In this document: one piece after another, positions 60,990 through 64,000 of the stretch
How the letters are laid out: every line of letters begins with the position of its first letter
How positions within the stretch are numbered: the stretch's first letter is position 1
From: Torpedo marmorata
Lineage: Eukaryota
Direction: 5' to 3'
DNA: 64,000 nucleotides
Assembly (NCBI GenBank): GCA_977017645.1
Contig: OZ360220.1
Location: 289,602,001-289,666,000, forward strand
Position numbers and translations under genes: made by a program
The notes under the pieces: model-generated
What the model was told of the DNA's origin: nothing
Databases searched by the model: none
Seen by the model: the letters and a program-made list of their open reading frames with translations, nothing else

Positions 60990-62963
60990 GTCCCAGTGTG
61001 CACTCAAGACTTCATCCTTCCTGCTGACCGTCCGCAGTCCAAATTGTCAGTCATGGTCCATAACAGTTGTGTACAGTATTTTTTGGCACTATCAATAAGT
61101 GGTAATTCTGCCTCGCCTGCAGGAAAAAGAATCTCAGGTTTGTATGTACTCTGAAAATAAATCTGAACTTTGCTTCCCAGTGCATAGTCCCTATTGGATA
61201 TTAATTACATCTTTATCTTTCAATTCATATGACAACCAGCATTCGAGCAGTGTGTGAGAGTTAATCTCATTTGGGCATTTGGGCTCTGTCGTCACATCAC
61301 ATGCAGTTGCTGGCTGAAATTCTTGTTATATATCCGAAGCATTAGTTCCTGATCAAAACCTCAATGCACGAAATAAATTTTAATGTATTTACAACACATT
61401 AAATATATGATTACGTTTCTGGGCCCCTATTTGCCATTTACTTAAATTTCAGGAAATTCCCATGTTATATCTTTAACAGATTCAGTTGGTTGAATGTTCA
61501 TGCAATTTATTTTCCATAAATTGAAATAAATGTTATTGTTTAATTTTACTCTAATTAATAGAATAAAAATGCCTTCATCTGGACATAAAATATCAGAAAG
61601 CTGTGGTCACTTAAAAATGGATGCCTGTTTTATTGTTCTATTGCAAGGAAAGTTGTTTACCATTTAAAATGCCCTGTTCTGCTAATCTGCAAGTATTGTT
61701 ATCATCTCAGGGGACTTTCCTTGTAAATTATTGAAACATGAAAGGATTTTTTTCCCCATTTTCATAAGACAAATGGAGGATGAATTTGGTTACCAGTTAC
61801 TTACATTTCTTTGTTGTGGGTATGGAGCAGCTGCTTGTAGTTATTGGAATAGAACACAGCTGATCTAAGTTCTATGGAAAGTGAGGCACATACTGTTTTA
61901 TAAGGTCATATGCAACCCAATGATACTTCAAGATGCAGAATTGCTTTTAAGATATTATACAATTCCTATTGGCATCTGTGAAGGAATGTAACCAATAAAA
62001 ATGTTCACAGACTTAGTCTGAAACTTACCCTCAATGGCAGAAAAGCAATTATATGTTTGTTTGCTTCTTGTTAAATTATCAGAAATGTAATTACCCCCCC
62101 CCCCCCCACTGAAAGGTTCACTTTAATTTCCATGAAAGTTTTACTGCTTTATAGATAAAAACTCAATTGGCATAACATATTTCTTGACATTAATAAAAAG
62201 ATTAAATTATAGTTTCAAGTATTCGGGGAGTGACCTTACCCTATTCACCTGCATATCAACAACTAAAATAAATTAGAAGGCTACTTATTGTCCCTGGAGT
62301 CATTGGGAATGACGATTGCTGACTTTATCCTGTCTCATTTAGCTGGATGCATGTAAACCTGCCTAAAGCCAACAGGTCATATTTTACATTTGTACAGCTA
62401 GTACTAATGATGTTATCAGTTTTGATTGTAATCGAATGCATGACTAGATTTTCAAAATTCACATTCTTTATGAGAAGCAGAACCGTTCACTGAAGCTCAT
62501 ATGCCAATCCCCTGGAGCAATGTAAGCAAGAAACTGGCATATTTTGGAACTTGTAATCTTCCATTTAATTTGCCCACAGTTCTTGCCAGCATCATCTTTT
62601 TGCCAGCAAGAATTTCCAAGCCTTGATAATCAAACCTTTCAATATTTTTGCTTCAAAAACCTATAACAGAAGCACAAAAAAAGAAAATAAAAAATCTGTG
62701 TTATCATGTTTTTTTTAATGAGAAAACACATTAATTACAGCAGAGAAATGAAGTGAAATATCACAAATATCAAAGACAATTAAAATGTGAATGTGTTAAA
62801 CTCTTAAAATGGTAGTGTGACGCGCTGCAGGAAATAGCGAAGGAAAATGTCAAATGTTACATTTAAGTGGTCTTAAGTTTGTTTGCACTAAGTTGGATGG
62901 TCTAAAGCAAATAAGTTCATATTATTGGCGTATCAGGATTTGACAAGTTGACAATTAAAGGTA

Positions 62964-63678
62964 CAGTAAAACCACTGTTATCTGGAATTCAAGCAGCCGA
63001 CAACCTCAAGCAACCGGAAAAAAAACAATCGAGGAAAATAAATAAATAGACATTAAAATAAATAAAAATTTAAATAAAAGTTTAAAATTGTAAAAGTAAA
63101 TGTTCTCTGAAGTAACACATAAACCTTTGGTGAAGATGGGAGCAAATATTCAGCTAGCGGAGTGCCTTGGTCGTGCTTTGCTCGAGGCAGCTGTTTAAAT
63201 AAAGTTGTGTTTGAATGAAAGATGAAGAGCTGGTTGATGCCGCTCGATGTTGGGGGTGACTCTCTTAAAGTGTCTCCTTATCCCTGCTTAGTAAGAGTCT
63301 TTATCTTTATTAGTATATTATTAAGTATATTAGTAAGGCTTCATCTGTAAACTTGGGGGAGGGGGGTTAATTATGATGGCAGCACGGTTAGCGTAGCAGT
63401 TAGCGCAATGCTGTTACAGCGCCAGCAACGGGGTTCAAATTTCAATTTTGTAAGTTATGGGAATTACCTGATTAAAGTGAACTTGACATAATTAAGGACT
63501 ATAATGCCGATTTTTTTCAAATTACTTTACATTTTGCACTGTCTTTTGTCTTTTAAACTGTTTATTCTTAATGGTGGTATTAGTTAGGCATTGTAAGAGT
63601 GAGTCTCAAGCAACCACAAAACTCACTTAACCAGCATCTACCAAACCCCGTACATGCCAGATACCAAGGGTTTTATTG
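62964..63678. mobile_element. Tigger-like MITE, 715 bp, containing a SINE head (63378-63441)
   Basis: Imperfect TIRs CAGTAAAACCACTGTTATCTGG / CCAGATACCAAGGGTTTTATTG with TA flanks. SINE A-box TAGCGTAGCAG and B-box GGTTCAAAT inside. Confidence 0.75.
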
Positions 63679-64000
63679 TACTTGGTCGGAGCATTGGTTA
63701 AGCTTATATTGGTAACAAGTGGCTTCACACTTGTTTAATACAGCAACCTTACTGTGGAAGCAAGAAGTTTACAGGCCAGCATAATAACTCTGAGTCACTA
63801 ACAGTCATCTGTAGCCGCCTGGAGACACTTTGAGAAATCTAATGATATATTTAGTATTCAAAAATGACACTGCATTCATGTATTAATCTGTTGGATGGAA
63901 TATCCACTTGAAATAGTAATTCATTCCAATTTAACCAGTGTACCAGACAGAGCTTCAAATCCTCCAAGTCCCAGTGCAATAATTGGTTTTACTCCCACAT

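Larger units (their letters stand above)
35459..61065 (-). mobile_element. Gmr1-type Gypsy LTR retrotransposon 'B', decayed, carrying four direct nested insertions
   Basis: Paired LTRs, tRNA-Pro PBS, and domain order gag-PR-IN-RT-RH in fragmented ORFs from 51008 down to 39424. The 4-bp TSD is not conserved (GATT vs GTTG). Confidence 0.9.

Noticed and set aside
62440-62700. Minus-strand polypyrimidine tract and TAG acceptor at about 62660
   Set aside because: All three downstream frames stop quickly and no donor could be paired. A UTR or lncRNA exon is possible but unsupported.

Overview
Eukaryotic, repeat-dense genomic DNA, most likely from a cartilaginous fish (inferred from the mix of V-SINE/HE1-type SINEs, CR1, Rex1/Babar, L1, Penelope and Gmr1 elements). 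No host protein-coding gene can be supported. Positions 1-31 kb are a patchwork of LINE fragments, SINEs and MITEs, including an L1 that has ORF1 but lacks endonuclease/RT, and a compound hAT MITE. A non-autonomous LTR element lies at 31.3-34.7 kb. Positions 35459-61065 are one nested insertion: a minus-strand Gmr1-type LTR retrotransposon that carries an L1 (with a CR1 inside), a Tc2-type MITE (with an L1 tail inside), a very young plus-strand Gmr1 element, and a complete endogenous retrovirus (52057-60989) with two Penelope fragments in env. The young Gmr1 element has an in-frame RT deletion and a possible -1 frameshift site. The ERV is the most notable element. It has a 2H-phosphoesterase-like domain between protease and RT, a UGA gag-pol readthrough junction, and an env whose reconstructed TM subunit closely resembles filovirus GP2. 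All alignments were done by eye and comparison sequences were recalled from memory; no searches were run.
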